From Lama glama (lineage: Eukaryota), in the NCBI GenBank assembly GCA_028534125.1, contig CM052816.1, forward strand, positions 59,956,001-60,020,000: a stretch of 64,000 bases of DNA, read 5' to 3'. The notes beneath the pieces are model-generated. The model did no database searches. It was not told where the DNA came from and saw only the letters and a list, made by a program, of their open reading frames with translations. Positions within the stretch are counted from its first letter, which is position 1; every line of letters starts with the position of its first letter. A program made the position numbers and the translations under genes. Below, piece after piece: positions 1 to 14,010 of the stretch.

Positions 1-511
1 CTTCTTTTTTAACTCTTGCCTAATTACTTCAGCAAAATCATCTTCTCGTCGTTGTATACACAAACAAGTTCTTGTCTTTTGGAGTTTCAGAAGTATAAAA
101 ACAATTCTACCAGCACAACTATATCAAATAAAAAGAAAGCCTTTAAATTTTAAATAAAATTAGATACAATAAATATTCATTTCCAAAGCCCCTAAAAGTA
201 CTCATAAATCTAAAATCTTCTCCAAAAATTCTACTTCTCATCCTCCTTTCCCTTAAGCACAATCATCTAAGAGTAAAATAAAATAACTCTAGCTTTCTCT
301 TTTTACTAATATTGTGACAGCATTGCTCTTTTCTCCTATTTTATTACAAATGCATGTATTTAGCTATTTCATAGCTTAAATAGACTATGGATTTGTCTGG
401 AAATTTAACTACGCTTTATAAAGTGTTTCTATGAAGACATATGTTAGGATCCCAGATACTTCAATTTCAAAATAATTGCCAAACAGAGCTCATTCAAAAG
501 ACGCAAAATAC

Positions 512-1182
512 GGCAGCAATTATGGAAAGCAGTATGGAGATTTATAAAAACTAAAAATAGTCTTACCTTACAATCCAGCAGTCTCACTCATGGACATATA
601 TCTGGAGGGAACTCTAAATTGAAATGATACATGCACCCCAATGTTAACAGCAGCACTATTTACAGTAGCCAAGACATGAAAGCAACCTAAATGTCCATTG
701 ACAGACAGATATTGTGGTATATTTATACAATGGCATACTACTTAGCCATAAAAAGAATAAAGTAATGCCATTTGCAATAACATGGATGGACCTGGAGATC
801 GTCATACTAAATGAAACAAGCCCGAAAGAGAAAGAAAAATACCATATGATATCACTTGTATGTGGAATCTAAAAAAAAAAAAAGACACAAACGAATTTAT
901 TTACAAAACAGAAAGAGACATAGAAAACAAACTTATAGTTACCATGGGGGGAAGGGGATGGGCAGGGATAAACTGGGAGTTTGAGATTTGCAGACACTAA
1001 CTACTATATGTAAAATACATAAACAACAAGTTTATACTGTATAGCACAGAGAACTATATTCAATATCTTATAGTAACCTATAATGAAAATGAAAAGGAAT
1101 ATATGTATGCATGTATGTAATTGAAACATTATGCTATACACCAGAAATTGATACACTGTAAACTGACCATACATTAATAAAA
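512..1182 (+). mobile_element. 5'-truncated lineage-specific L1 (ORF2 C-terminal end, 3'UTR, A-tail)
   Basis: L1 3' motifs (cacccca atgttaacagcagcactatttac; aagcaacctaaatgtccattgacag; gagaactatattcaatatc). Degenerate TSD aaaagacgc-aaaatac (496-511) / aaaagatgctaaaatac (1183-1199). Confidence 0.93.
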
Positions 1183-1309
1183 AAAAGATGCTAAAATACT
1201 AACTTTTGAATAATTTGACAGAGTACACTATGCATTAAAGATTAGCAAAAATATGAGGTCCCCAAATGGACCTGCTCTTTCATGCATCATCATCAAGAGC
1301 TACAGTGAA

Positions 1310-1575
1310 AGGCAGGAAGGCATGGTTTTAAGCAATGCGGGCTTTGGAGCCAGATGGCCCAAGTCTAAACTACATACTAGTTGGGAAAACTTGAGCAAGT
1401 CGCTTAGTCTTCAGGTCCAAGCATCTTCTTCCCTAAAATAGGGATAGTTATAATACCTATGTCATAGAGATGCTACGAGAATTTAATGAATTAATTCATA
1501 TCAAGTTCATAGAACAATTCTTGGCAGAGAATGAATTTTTAATAAATGTTTGGGGTTATTATTATGATTATTATT
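1310..1575 (+). mobile_element. MIR SINE
   Basis: gggctttggagccaga...cttgagcaagtcgcttagtc...aaaatagggatagttataatacctat, followed by a (tta)n tail. Confidence 0.8.
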
Positions 1576-2944
1576 ATATCAGACACCAGAATCTCTTTCT
1601 GTCTCACATCTTCTTACCAAAACTCACATGGAGAAGGGTACACCAGGGAGCTCAAAAAAGACACAATAACTCCCTGACACCCAAATACATGGTGCGTGTG
1701 ATAAGAGGTGAGTAAATTGTGAGGCGAGTAGGCCTACAGAGTGGCTACAGCTCTCATCCAAAGTTCATGAGGGCTTGAAGCAACCCAGCTGCAGTTAGAA
1801 TAAAGATGGGTAAATAGGGGCTAAAAACCAAAATGGGAATGTTACCCGCTTCCCAACACTCATGCAAACATTCCCGATATGGCACAGAAGCTGATCAGTA
1901 ATAAGGAAAAGAAACATTTTTGGCTGAGCAATGCTGCCCTAGTCCCAGAACCCTGCCTGCCTTCTAGGATCTTCAGGACTCAGCTGTCATAGGACATTGG
2001 AGTATAGGATCCCTCAAGTCTACATCATGCCACTTGTGACAGGGAAAACAGCAATATTTCTGAACTATTTTTCTTAACAAACAGCAAGATGCCAGAGGCA
2101 AGATAGGGGTAGGCATTGACAGTCTCCGTAACATTTTATTTCCTCACAAATGAGAACAATCTGGAACCAACAGGGTAAAATATTAACATTTGTTAAAGAC
2201 AGAAGATGGAAATATGGGTATCATTTCATTGTCTGAATTGTCTGTATATCTCAAGTATTTGATAATTAAATTAATAATTTAAAAGTGCAAAACAATCCAG
2301 GATGGGCAGATTCTAACATGCAGTAAAAACAGATAAAAATACACCATTGTTTCTAATAAAATTTCTGTTTTAGCTTCTAGTTATCTACTTGCACTTGAGG
2401 CGACTGGATCTAAAGGGACGAGGAGAAATAAGGGGGCCGGGTTAGGGTGGGATGGTGTGAGGTGAGGGAGCCAGTGGCTATCTCTGCCCATGGAGTAGAA
2501 TCCTGGTCACATGGGGGCAGGTGACCTTCACTGAACAGCTTTACTGTCTTCCAAGATAAACCTTTTCAAGTTCAGGTCCTAAAATGATTCAAGATTTGGG
2601 TCCAAATGGACCCAGTGTGTAAATGCCTTCTTTCTAAAGGTCACCTCATCTGAGAAATCTTCCTTAACCCCCAGGGCTAGTTAGCTGCCTGCGCTCTGGG
2701 CTTGTCATGACACAACAGCATGGTCAACAAACAGGAGGGTGTGGAGGAGGCTCCAGTCATATGATTCAACATACTTTGCGCCCAAGCACAGAAGATTAAG
2801 GGGAAATCTGCCCTAGACTCTGATTCTTTCCTTTTGCCCTCCAGGATTAGGTTGTTAAAGAGCCCCATCACATTATCTGATGAACATAAACATTCAGTGG
2901 TGATTCACTGTCCTTTTTCCCTATTCACTTTCCCCATGCTCTAG

Positions 2945-3050
2945 GTTAGGGATTATCAAACCTGAGAAGACTGTCAGAATTATGTGGGGAAAATTTTAAA
3001 TGTATAGTTACAGGGTTCTATACCTGACCCACTGGATCAGAATCCCCTCC
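2945..3050. mobile_element. MER5-like hAT-Charlie fragment
   Basis: attatcaaacctg...cctgacccactggatcagaatc resembles MER5A. Confidence 0.5.
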
Positions 3051-3399
3051 CTTAGGCTCGGTACCTGCAGCTGAACTGGAAATCAAACTGGAGTTTCCCT
3101 GCTCCTAGATAGGCATTCTTTTACAAATCATTGCTTTACTAGTCATCTCCAAAGCTTGAAGCCCTTACACCTGCCTAAAGTCAGATTTGTTTCTAAATCT
3201 CTACCCACAATCCCAGCAAATACTTGATTAGGAAGAAGACGACTGCATGCCCAGAGAACTTGGAGACAGCAGGCTGGGGTCTCTGGTTTGGGGAACAGAA
3301 AGTGAGGAACATACATCATCGAGAAGGCCTGGGTGGCTCATGATTTGTTCTGGATTCCACACAGATTGCTGAATACTGACTAGCAGAGAGGAAACAGTC

Positions 3400-3665
3400 A
3401 GGTAGTTACAAGCATGGGCTCTAGAATCAGACTTGTCTGAGTTCAAATCCCAATTCTGCCACTTAGCAGGCATGTGACCTTGGGCAAGCTACTCAACCTC
3501 TTTGTTTCTGCTTCAGTCAAATGGAGATAACAACAGCACCTTGCTCACAGGACTGTTATGGGCATTGAATAAGTTAAAACCTTTAAAAATTTTAGGACAA
3601 TGCCTAGAACACAGTAAGTGCTCACCAGGCGTCAGCCACTATTATTATCATCATCAACATTATTA
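3400..3665 (+). mobile_element. MIR SINE
   Basis: gagttcaaatcccaattctgccacttagcaggcatgtgaccttgggcaagctactcaacctct core. Confidence 0.9.
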
Positions 3666-5720
3666 TTTGTCCTGCTATTCTAGTCCCTGGACTGGAGTGC
3701 ATGTTAGAAATGTTACTACTTGCTTGGATTAGGAGCTAAGACACATCCTCCAGCACAAAGACTCTTCCTGTGTAATCCCAGACAATGTTCCCCTGGAAGA
3801 AGAGATACCACTGTTTCCATTCATGGCCAATCGCTTTGTAGGTGAACTAAAAAAGGACTTATTTTAAAACACTTTGCTGAACTTTAAAATGTCTTTGGTT
3901 CTCAGAGTTGGAAAAACAGATGTAGAATGGTGCTATGGCACAAAAAAAAAATAGTTATACCACACACTCACAAATGTCACAAAATCTCACTCTCATAAGT
4001 AATGCTGCTTATGTTAAAAAAAATTTTTTTCCCACATGCTGCTAAACTCCCTGAGGATACAATTTCTTAAACCATTGTCACTATATCTTCTTAAAAGGGA
4101 GAAAGGCAGAGAGGCACCAGGGAAGGTATGAAGCCAGACAAGATACTGCAAGAGTGTTTTAAAGACAGGAAGAACCAGACGGCATTGGTTTTTCAGTATC
4201 ACATATGGGCACACTGAAGCAGGAGGAGGAACCTGGGTCACTCAAGGCCGCCTTGCTGGTTGGAGGGACACATGGGGAAGTGAGTTTTCAACTGCCTGAC
4301 TCCAGCATAACACAGTGCTCCGTGGTGCTGGTTTATACAAGAGAAAGAGTGGTAAAATTACATTTTATATCCAGCATTTTAATTAAATTGTTTCAAATGA
4401 AAGTAACTAAAAAGCAAAGAATATTGCTTATAAATTCCCTTTTTGACTTATATTAGTTTTTCTGCAACGCAAGTCATTAATAAAAAGAAAAAGAAGGGAC
4501 ACCATTTCAGGGAAGTGTGTTTTATATATTCTACTCTAAAAGTGAAACATAAGCATTTGAGCAAAATTAGACAACACCAGGCTAGAAAAACACTATCAAA
4601 ATAAGCCTTCGACCCACCATCCACAGTCACTCTTAAGAAGTTGGTATATTTCCTTCCAGTTTTATTTCCCTGCCATAATTTTTATATATTTGTAGCTAGA
4701 TTATATATATAATGCTGAATATTCATTTTCACTTAGTATAACAGAAGTATTTTTTTCTGTTTTAAAAATGCATGCTCTGGAGAAAAAAACTGAAAAACAG
4801 AAAAACAAAATTTATTCTAACTAAACTTAATTCAATTTAATATTAGTTTAAATTATTAAATAAAATGTGAATCACCCATATCACACCACTGGTATATGAT
4901 CTTTCACATCACTGTTCAGTACAGTTTCCTCTCCCCTCCATTTTCCCTGCAGGAGCACCTACTCTGCCCTGTGTGAATTCCAGGGATTGACTTTGGAGCC
5001 TCAGGATACATTGTGTGAACAGAGAAGAAGAATTAGCAAGAGAGAATGACCCCGTGACCTCTCCACTGCATCCTGCACAAATCCCATCCAGGCCTAAATT
5101 CTCTTCATTTAGGAGTGCATCATTCTCCTGCTCAGCCAGAGGAGGAGATTCTGAGAGGATACGGAGGGAAGAGAATGGGAGAGGTTTAGAGTTCTTTATT
5201 TAAAATCTCTCTTTAAGCAAGAAAAGATACCAGAAAAAAAAGGATTAGTAATTTACAACTATTAAAACAGCAAACTGTATGTTCCTCAGTTATGTTCTCT
5301 AGTGTGAATTTAATAAATTTGTAAGAACTTTTATACTTAGGTAAGATATATAAAATAATTTATGTAAATGAACTACCCAAGACACGACAAGAAGCAGAGG
5401 TGAGCTCACTGGCTTCCTCATTCCACACGGCACCTGGCTATGGCACAGATTCTGAGCGTGCCCCCATCATTCTGAACTAGTAGGAAAAGTGTGAATTATT
5501 CTGAACTGGACAAGTTTCCAGTGACTTCTGCAGAATTCCTACCTCAAGTTTGGGTCACAACACCCCTGTGTATGTATGTGCATGTAAACAGATATATTTT
5601 CCAGGTAGAAAACAATTAAAGCTGTATTTTTGCAAATCTTTGAAAGACTTCTCTGAGAATGAACAAGAATAGAATCTAGCTGAGTGATTAATCTTGGCCA
5701 AATATTTCAGGCTAAAGACT

Positions 5721-5770
5721 TTAGGACCTGGGCACTTTTGAATCACCAGACGATACTGATGTATCCCCAC
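5721..5770 (-). CDS. Candidate terminal coding exon segment (phase 1: GGDTSVSSGDSKVPRS*), unidentified gene
   Basis: Minus-strand acceptor tttttccattttatacag|GTGGGG in non-repeat sequence; phase matches the 24602-24721 candidate; no protein homology recognised. Confidence 0.2.
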
Positions 5771-6681
5771 CTGTATAAAATGGAAAAACAGTATTTTAAA
5801 GGCCAGCCAAATACAATGCTTGAAAGGAAAAAAAATAGAGTAGGAATATAGCTTTTCTTGAAAAGAAGATAAACCTACATGGGAAAGAATATAGATGCAT
5901 TTTCTTATGTACAAGTAAACCAATGTTAAATAATCAAAATGTTCCCTTCAGCTTTGCTTTCCTCTTGTTCTCTTACAGATTTACAGTGTTTTCTCATTTC
6001 TAAGGAATTATCCATTTATTGACTCTTGCCCTCAATTCTCACATTTTCAAAAGAAACATTAAAACAACCCATCATACCCCCGTTTTCCTATATGGAAATG
6101 GCTTAAGTGGCGGGTTAGAGACAGCAAAGAGGGTGTCTACTATACGCTTATGCCAAATCTTTCCAAAACTGAATGAAAGAAAGAGAAGGTCCATTGAACC
6201 AGGGCCAGAATGTCACAAAAGCATATTTTATATTGAAGTGAGCTTGGCCTAGAATCTCTGCTTTCAGAGTTCCCAGACACACGCCAGAACACAACCTAAT
6301 CACTGGATGAGCAGCATAGCTGGTCCCTCACCCCAAGACACCACCCAGTAGAACCTGCCAATGTGTCTGAGATTCCATCAAAAACACATTCCCTCGGGAT
6401 AAGACATTGCCTGCTCCTAAGTAACCTCTATTTAAATGAATCCTCTTTTAAATTCCTAATGTTAGGAAGAATAATATAATAATATATTATTTATCTGCAA
6501 GGTCATTTTATAAATATTATCCTGGATCTTTTCTATCCTGACTAGAAAAGCTTCCCAGGGTCTGTATTAGTTTCCACCCCTTAGTAACTGTGTGAGCGTT
6601 CACAAATTATCTTTTTGAGCACTGTTGAATTCATTTATAAAAATAAGAGAAAATATTTACCTTCCCCAGATTATTGTGTAG

Positions 6682-7465
6682 TTTCATTCATTCATTTCAA
6701 AACATTTATTGGGACCTTTCTGTCAGGCACTCTTCCAGCAACGGGGGACACAGCAGTGCACAAAAGAGGTAATATCCATACCCTCTGGGAACAGACAATA
6801 GTATGTGTCCATGTGGTGTGGGGTGGGGAGGGGGAGTGGGCAGGGTTCAAGGAAACAGATGATAGTAGATAGGTAGACATACAGACAGATACCCTGGGTA
6901 AGTGCATAGTGCCTTCCATTTTTATATAAGGTGATAAGCAATGGCCTCCACCTGGTAATGCAGGCATCTGATGGAACAGTCTTTCTGGCAGAGGAAATAA
7001 CAGGTGCAAAGACTCTGATGCAGGAACTGTGAAGACACCAGGGTAGCTGGAGCAGAGGCAGTGAGGTAGTGAATGGCAGGAGATGAGATCAGAGAACCAG
7101 GAAGGGTGAGGATCATGTAGGCTCTTGAAGGCCAGTGAAAGGGCTTTGGGTTTTACTCTGCACAAGACAGGAGCCTCTGGAAATCCTAAGCAGAGGCAGG
7201 ACATGGTCTGACATCTGTTGGGAAAGGATCATTCTGGCTACTATGCTATAACTAAACTATAAAGGCAAGGGAAGAAGCAAGGAGTCTATTTAGGAGGCCA
7301 AGGCAGTCATCCAGGAGGGGTGGAGTGGTTTGGCCTGGGGTGGTGGCAGGCAGATGGGAAGCAAGGCTGGATTCTGGAGATAATGCCAAGGTTGAGGGGA
7401 CTTGACTGGCTGATGGGTTGGAGGAAATTAATTACGGAGAACAAAGTCTAATGTTGACACCTACA
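6682..7465 (-). mobile_element. L2 LINE 3' fragment
   Basis: Begins ttcattcattcatttcaaaacatttattg (reverse of the L2 tail); L2a-like motifs aggagatgagatcagaga, ggaaaggatcattctggct. Confidence 0.85.
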
Positions 7466-8949
7466 GATGCTCTGTAAATGTTATGTGGTTTCCTTTTATA
7501 TCTTTTTTCCTAAGATATTTGAAATAAAGCATTGGGGAAAGGGGCAATTTGGAGAGTTGGGAGGAATGAAGACTGATACAGAAAGGACAGAGGATGGGCC
7601 TGGGCACAAAGAGCAGCCTGGTTGGTACCTCTTTCAAGAGTGTGTCTTTGAAAGCTGCTTAGGAGGAGAGTCCTCTCCCTCCCACTCCTCACCTGAACCA
7701 TGCTGTCCTGAGAGGTGGAAGTGGAGCAGAAGGGAGTCCTCCCAGAAGTGTATGCAGTTTCTAAGACACACTTTACAGACTTCACTCTTTGATTAAAGGT
7801 CAATCTTGATGACTCTGCAAAAGGGAAAATTTTTTTCTTAAATGCTGATCAAGTTTTGAGGTCTTAATCAAGTCTCATCAATGCTTAACTCTCCCCTGCC
7901 CACTAAATAGTCACTGACACACCCATTGCGCTAGATAAAACCTGGATGTTGGATGCAACTTGAAAGAAGATGGGGCAGTAAGAAGATCAGAACTGACTGG
8001 AATTTATTTTCACTTTCCAGACAAATGATGACTCAAATGATCAAAATAATGTCACTAGAAAAGATAAGCTGTATTTGGAATGAGATGCTACCCACTACAA
8101 TAACAATATTCTAATGTTAATATTTACTCTAGTAGTTTAATATTCATCTATTTTCCTTCTATAAAAGTATATTTGAATTGCATATACTTCTCATGAACTT
8201 GATTATATTTCAAAAGCTGTAATTTCAGCCAAGTAGAATAGCTTAACTTATCAACACTGACGATCATACTAAAGTAAACTATCTAGAGCCTTGAAAAAGG
8301 TGGGCATCACAGGCAGGAAGCCCTTTTCCTGGGCCTGCTCTATAGCAGGACTTGCAGACCCCAAGGGATACCCATCATCTGGATACAGTGGCAAACCAGA
8401 AAAACTGGGAACTCTATAGGGTCTTGATGCTTCTGTCATTGAAAGAAGGTAGCAAAGAAAAAAAGAGTCTTCTCCCTTCCTTCTAGTTTCTGACAACTTT
8501 GCCATGTTGTGTTGAAAATGAGCCTCAGGCAGAACTCTGGATTCCTGCTATAGTTTCTCCCTGAGCACATATTATGGAGAAGAATTATGACAGTCTTGAA
8601 ATACTTATTTTACCCTCACTGCTCTGGGGGTTTTCTCACTCTCATAATTTAAGACAAGGTTCCCATTTTATTTCCTTCTCAACATTGGCCACAGCCATTC
8701 CACGCTGTTACTACTCTTCAAAACCTGTTTCCAACAGGCAGAAATCACTTGAGATGAGAATGAGAATCTCTGAAAAGCAGACGGTTTTAGAAGCCAAAAG
8801 CCTCAGAAGAGAAAAGTGAAGCCAAGCAAGGCTGAGTAATTTCTGTCATCTACGAGAGGAGAGAAGAAAATGCTGGCATGTGACATTCAAGATATCTTCC
8901 ACTTCACAAAATGTTCAGGTTATATAATGTAAGCTTCTATTTTTATCAC

Positions 8950-9365
8950 ATCTTTGAAAGGATACATTTTAGAAATGAAGGGGATATTAATGGTTGCAGA
9001 GGTTTGCGGAGGGAAAAAGGTGGTTGTGATTATAAAAGGGCAACACGAGGATTCCTTGTGGTGTTGGCAGGAATTGTTCAGTATCTTGACTGTGGAAATG
9101 AATATACCATCTTATACAGGTAATAAAACTGTGTAGAACTTAATACACACAAACACACACACGGTACACGTAAAACTGGGTAAATCTGAATTAAGATTTC
9201 TAAATTCTATCAATGCTGATATCCTGGCTGTAATATTATACTATAGTTTTGCAAAACCTTACCATTGAGGAAAACTGGACCAACTGTATAAGGGATCTCC
9301 CTGTACTATTTCTTACAATTGCATGTGAATCTACAATTATTTCAATTAAAAATTCAATTTAAGAA
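8950..9365 (+). mobile_element. Old L1 (L1MC/ME-like) 3' end
   Basis: tatagttttgcaaaaccttaccattgaggaaaactgg...gggatctccctgtactatttcttacaattgcatgtgaatctacaattat. Confidence 0.8.
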
Positions 9366-10152
9366 AAGTGATTAATAGAAAGATGTCAGTAAGACAAATG
9401 GAGAATAACTGACAGAGTGTACCTACCAGCAAGAAATGGTTAATAAAGAATAATGGAAAAATACCCAATCTAGATAAAAGTTAGAGAAATGTAAATTAAG
9501 ACAGTAAAACATCACTTTCTCCAATCAAGAGCTAATATTAAAATAAAAAGATAATGCGAAGGTATAATAAGACCTATGCTCCTGTACGATGATACCAGGA
9601 GTGTAAACTGATGCAGTATTTTTTTAAAGCCATTTAACAGTTTTGTAAAAATAATATTGCTTGGTATTTAAAATTCAAATAATAAAGAACAGTAAAAGAA
9701 GAATGCAAATAGTCATCTAAAATTCTATCACCTACAAACAGCCATTAACATTTGGCAAACATTATAGGCTACTTTTTATGCATATACTCAGACAAATAAA
9801 AAATAATAATTTAAAAAATCAATCACATTATATACAACTTTAAAATAAAAGTATTTAATTCAGTTTTCCTTGAAACTAGCAAAAGAATATAACTATCTTG
9901 AAATCGAAGAAACTGCTGAATATCCAGGAAAAGTTTCTTTACAACAAGTAATATTATTTCTCAAGAGATTTTTCCAAATTAGAAAGATTAGGTAAAATAT
10001 TATGAATTGAGATTACTATGTGTCTCTATGTATATTTTAATGTATGTGTATTTATAAGTATCTATTTCAATTTTCAAGTAGTAAAATTCAGTCACTTCTG
10101 TGATAAAAAGCAGGAGTCTAACCAAATAAAAATGTTCCATCCTATTTCTTAC

Positions 10153-10237
10153 ATACACAAAACAGTTTAAAACAAGCTCTTTGAAAACAAGTTGATAGGA
10201 TGAGTTTTCAAGAAAAGAGTAATAATGGAATGCTAAC
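10153..10237 (-). other. Candidate 85-nt exon
   Basis: Acceptor ttttttcattttatgtattttgcgttcag| and donor TAT|gtaaga; open frame LAFHYYSFLENSSYQLVFKELVLNCFVY. Confidence 0.2.
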
Positions 10238-10619
10238 CTGAACGCAAAATACATAAAATGAAAAAATCTAAATGGGGATGCCTGCCTGACACAAGTAGTA
10301 ATTATAGCAATTTTAAATACAGAGAAATTGCTCACGGATTTAGATTATAAGTCAATCTCCTTCTTCATGAATTACCTGTCCAGTGAGAATTTGGGTTTGT
10401 GGTTTCATCAACCACTATCTTAAGCACAATCAATAATTTAGAATAATACTATGTTTTAGCTTGCCCCATGGTTTTCTTTTATAACTTTTTTCTCAAATTT
10501 TCAATTGCTTTTCTTTTTTCTCTTGTTTATTAGACAGATGAATATATCCACTCAACAATAAAAACTTCCAGGTTTGTAATAATGAAAGGTATGTATCAGT
10601 ATATACTATCTTCTTAAGA

Positions 10620-11390
10620 TAACCTCCAAGGAACCATTTGCTTTGATCCAACAATTCTATAAATTTATTCCAAAGAAATGATCAGAGATGCAGTTAACGT
10701 TTATGTGTAAAACTATTTGTTACTACTTATGATAATGAAAATTAGAAACAATCTAAATTGTCAATAATAAAGGATTTGTTAGATAAATTACAAAGAAGCA
10801 TACATCAAGAAAACTACTTTCTAAATGTTCATATATATAAATGCAAATGCATAGAAAAGACTGTAAAGGAATATGCAAAATTGATAACAACAGTTACTTC
10901 TGAGGATGAGATATCTGGAGAACTTTAATTATTTGAGACTTTAAAAAGAAAACAAATGGGGATATTACTTGATTTAATTTTAAAAATACATAAAAAGCTG
11001 TTATTAATATTCTACATATCCTACAGAAAGAACCAGCTTAAAGAAAAACAGCAATGAACAAAAGCACATCTATTAATGTTTATTAATCTTATGTACTATT
11101 TAATGTATTCTATTCAATGTATTTCTAGTTAATGTACTAATAAATTTTAGTAACATAAGAAAATGTTCACTATATATTATTAAGAGAAAAGTGGGGGGGG
11201 GGATAAAATGTTCTATCTGCTCCAAGTATCTATGTAGATCCACAAATAGGAAAAGAGAAGAAATTGTATCAAAATATTAATAGTTTTTTTATCTAGTTTG
11301 AAAATATTGGTGATTTCTATTTTCATTCATTTATTCACTTTCCAAGTTTTTGTTATTTTTTTTTTACAATAAACATAAAAATGGTTTATG
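10620..11390 (+). mobile_element. Highly decayed L1ME-like 3' fragments
   Basis: ctttgatccaacaattcta..., aattagaaacaatctaaattgtcaataata, aaaatattaatagtt motifs. Confidence 0.55.
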
Positions 11391-11649
11391 GCCAAGACAC
11401 AAAATAAGTTCTCTTATCGATTGCACAGTTCATTGCCATCAATTCTCAGGAAAAGAGCCTTTCTTTTATGGACCTTCATCACAAAGGTTGTGCGTGGTAG
11501 ATGATACACAAAGAACCCACTAACTAGAAATGGGCAATAGTCAGACAAAGGCTGGAAGTTCTGTCCTTTTTACTGAAAACAAACAAAATGGGGAAGCATA
11601 CTAGAGAGACTCAAAGAAGGAGTTTTTCTTAATAGTCAATTGTACCAAT

Positions 11650-12178
11650 TATAACAGAGAAGAATGAACCTGATTCCATATTGGATCTACTTACTCCTTT
11701 AGCTTTAACCTTTGTGCTCTGTTGCCTGTGCTTTGTCTCCTCAATAAGTAAAGAAATGTTGCCTATAGCCTGAAATACACATAATGGCTCTTTCTCAAGG
11801 TTCTGTCTCCCAAGCTTGACCTTTAAAGGTATAACACTTTTCATTCATATAGAGATAAGAGGTGCAGAACAGAGAATAACATTTTCTCTTAGTGGATGTT
11901 TATAGGAACTTGGTGAGCAGCCTGACAAGGACTACCAACATTCCTCTGGGGTCTGGCTGGCACCAAGAACTTTGCAATAACCAGCCACACCCCACCCCTT
12001 TTAGTACAAAAGAAGCCTGAATTTTAACTCAGATAAGATGGTTCATTGGGACACTAGTCTGCCATCTTTCCGATCTGCTGGCTTTGTGAATAAAGTAACT
12101 ATTCCTTGCTCCAACATCTCATCTCTCCATTTATTGGTCTGTCACACAGCAAGCAGTATAAGCTTGGACTCAGTTACA
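11650..12178 (+). mobile_element. ERV1-class solo LTR (MER34/MER39-like)
   Basis: Starts tataacag (TGTAAC-derived), contains gaataaagt poly(A) signal, ends gcttggactcagttaca; imperfect 4-bp TSD caat/aaat. Confidence 0.85.
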
Positions 12179-12789
12179 AAATTAGCCAACACTTAAATGA
12201 CATCTTAGGTTTAATAAACAGGTACACTCTCAATCGCAGCATAAGTAACACTGTAGATTAGTCAAAAGTGAAAAGTCCTAATGAGATGGTAGCTTTCAAA
12301 GCAAGGTGAGGAGGGCTTCCTTCTGGGACAGCTTCTTGCCTGTTAGTGATGATTTCTAGGTGATCTGCTGCAGACAGAGGGCTGGACCAAATAACTTGAG
12401 TTATTTTCTGCTCTATCTCTATAGACAGGAAAAATAGCAAAATCCTCTGTAGCCTAAATGATCCATTTTATAAGTTGGACTTTACAGATGGTTTTAAGCA
12501 CAAAGTGACCTGGGGCAAAGATTCCCACTCATGATATTTTACAAATTCAAGGTTCTCAAATATTTTCAATAGGTATCATAAAACTCCCAAACCAAAATTA
12601 CTTTTAACTCACTTTAATGTCAGAAAAAGATATGCCCCATGCAGTTCTTTTGGGAGGTTATGTGTTTGCATATGTGTAAATACACTGTATGTCAATACAC
12701 ACACCAGTGTGTGAGCGTGCATGCACATGCATGCGCACACACACACAAACAAAAAGGAGCTGCTGAGCATAGCAGTGGGCATTTCATCA

Positions 12790-12900
12790 CCATGTGAGGC
12801 AGATTTCACATGAAGCAACTAACATCTAAGCTTCAAGAACCTTCCCTTGTGTAGATCCCTTCCAAGGCTTTGTCCTACTAATTTGATCAAGTGACCATAT
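12790..12900. mobile_element. Possible hAT-Tip100 (Zaphod-like) DNA transposon end
   Basis: ggcagatttcacatgaagcaactaacatctaagcttcaag...cccttccaaggc resembles the recalled terminal motif. Confidence 0.35.
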
Positions 12901-13269
12901 GTTTTGATAAAATGTGTAAAAGAAGATGTTGTTTCAATATTCACTTAAAGAGATGGTCTGATGTTGTGCCTGCTTTTGGACCCATGAACTGGATCTATCA
13001 CTGAGTAGCATTAATAATGCTAATACATGGCTGGAAGGGGAGGCACCAAGAAGGGAGAAGAATATAAAATATTTACTGACTGCCAAATATGTTCTAAGCC
13101 CAATGAAAGGTATTTTATACAAACTAGAGCTTCAATTTCCTGCTTTGGAGCATGCTCTTCACTTTCTGGCTCACTGTGAAGTCAATGCAGCTGAATTACA
13201 GGGCCCACAAAGGTGGTTGGTCCCCTTACTTCCTTTCTTGGTAACACTGCATTTATTTATAATGCACTC

Positions 13270-13440
13270 TTTGGTTCTAAAGTACTTCTTATCATATTTA
13301 ATCTGATCCATCAACCACCCTAGAAGATAGGCAGATATTATTAAAACCATTTTACAGACTTAAAAAAAAAACCTAAAATTTAGAGACATTGGGCAGTTCA
13401 GTGAAGGTCATAAGGTAAATAACAGAATGATGACCAGTGA
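13270..13440 (-). mobile_element. MIR SINE
   Basis: atccatcaaccaccctagaagataggcagatattattaaaaccattttacaga. Confidence 0.7.
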
Positions 13441-13510
13441 GCTTCCCTCTACTCTATCCCTTGAAGAAGGATAAGAAGCAAATGGTAAACAGACAGACCT
13501 TCCTAAACAA

Positions 13511-14010
13511 NNNNNNNNNNNNNNNNNNNNNNNNNNNNNNNNNNNNNNNNNNNNNNNNNNNNNNNNNNNNNNNNNNNNNNNNNNNNNNNNNNNNNNNNNN
13601 NNNNNNNNNNNNNNNNNNNNNNNNNNNNNNNNNNNNNNNNNNNNNNNNNNNNNNNNNNNNNNNNNNNNNNNNNNNNNNNNNNNNNNNNNNNNNNNNNNNN
13701 NNNNNNNNNNNNNNNNNNNNNNNNNNNNNNNNNNNNNNNNNNNNNNNNNNNNNNNNNNNNNNNNNNNNNNNNNNNNNNNNNNNNNNNNNNNNNNNNNNNN
13801 NNNNNNNNNNNNNNNNNNNNNNNNNNNNNNNNNNNNNNNNNNNNNNNNNNNNNNNNNNNNNNNNNNNNNNNNNNNNNNNNNNNNNNNNNNNNNNNNNNNN
13901 NNNNNNNNNNNNNNNNNNNNNNNNNNNNNNNNNNNNNNNNNNNNNNNNNNNNNNNNNNNNNNNNNNNNNNNNNNNNNNNNNNNNNNNNNNNNNNNNNNNN
14001 NNNNNNNNNN
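13511..14010. other. Assembly gap (500 N)
   Basis: Run of N. Confidence 1.

Noticed and set aside
5555..5923. 122-aa ORF as a single-exon gene
   Set aside because: No ATG start, runs across an intron-like polypyrimidine tract, and no homology recognised.
6692..7204. 170-aa ORF
   Set aside because: Lies wholly within a decayed L2; no recognisable protein.
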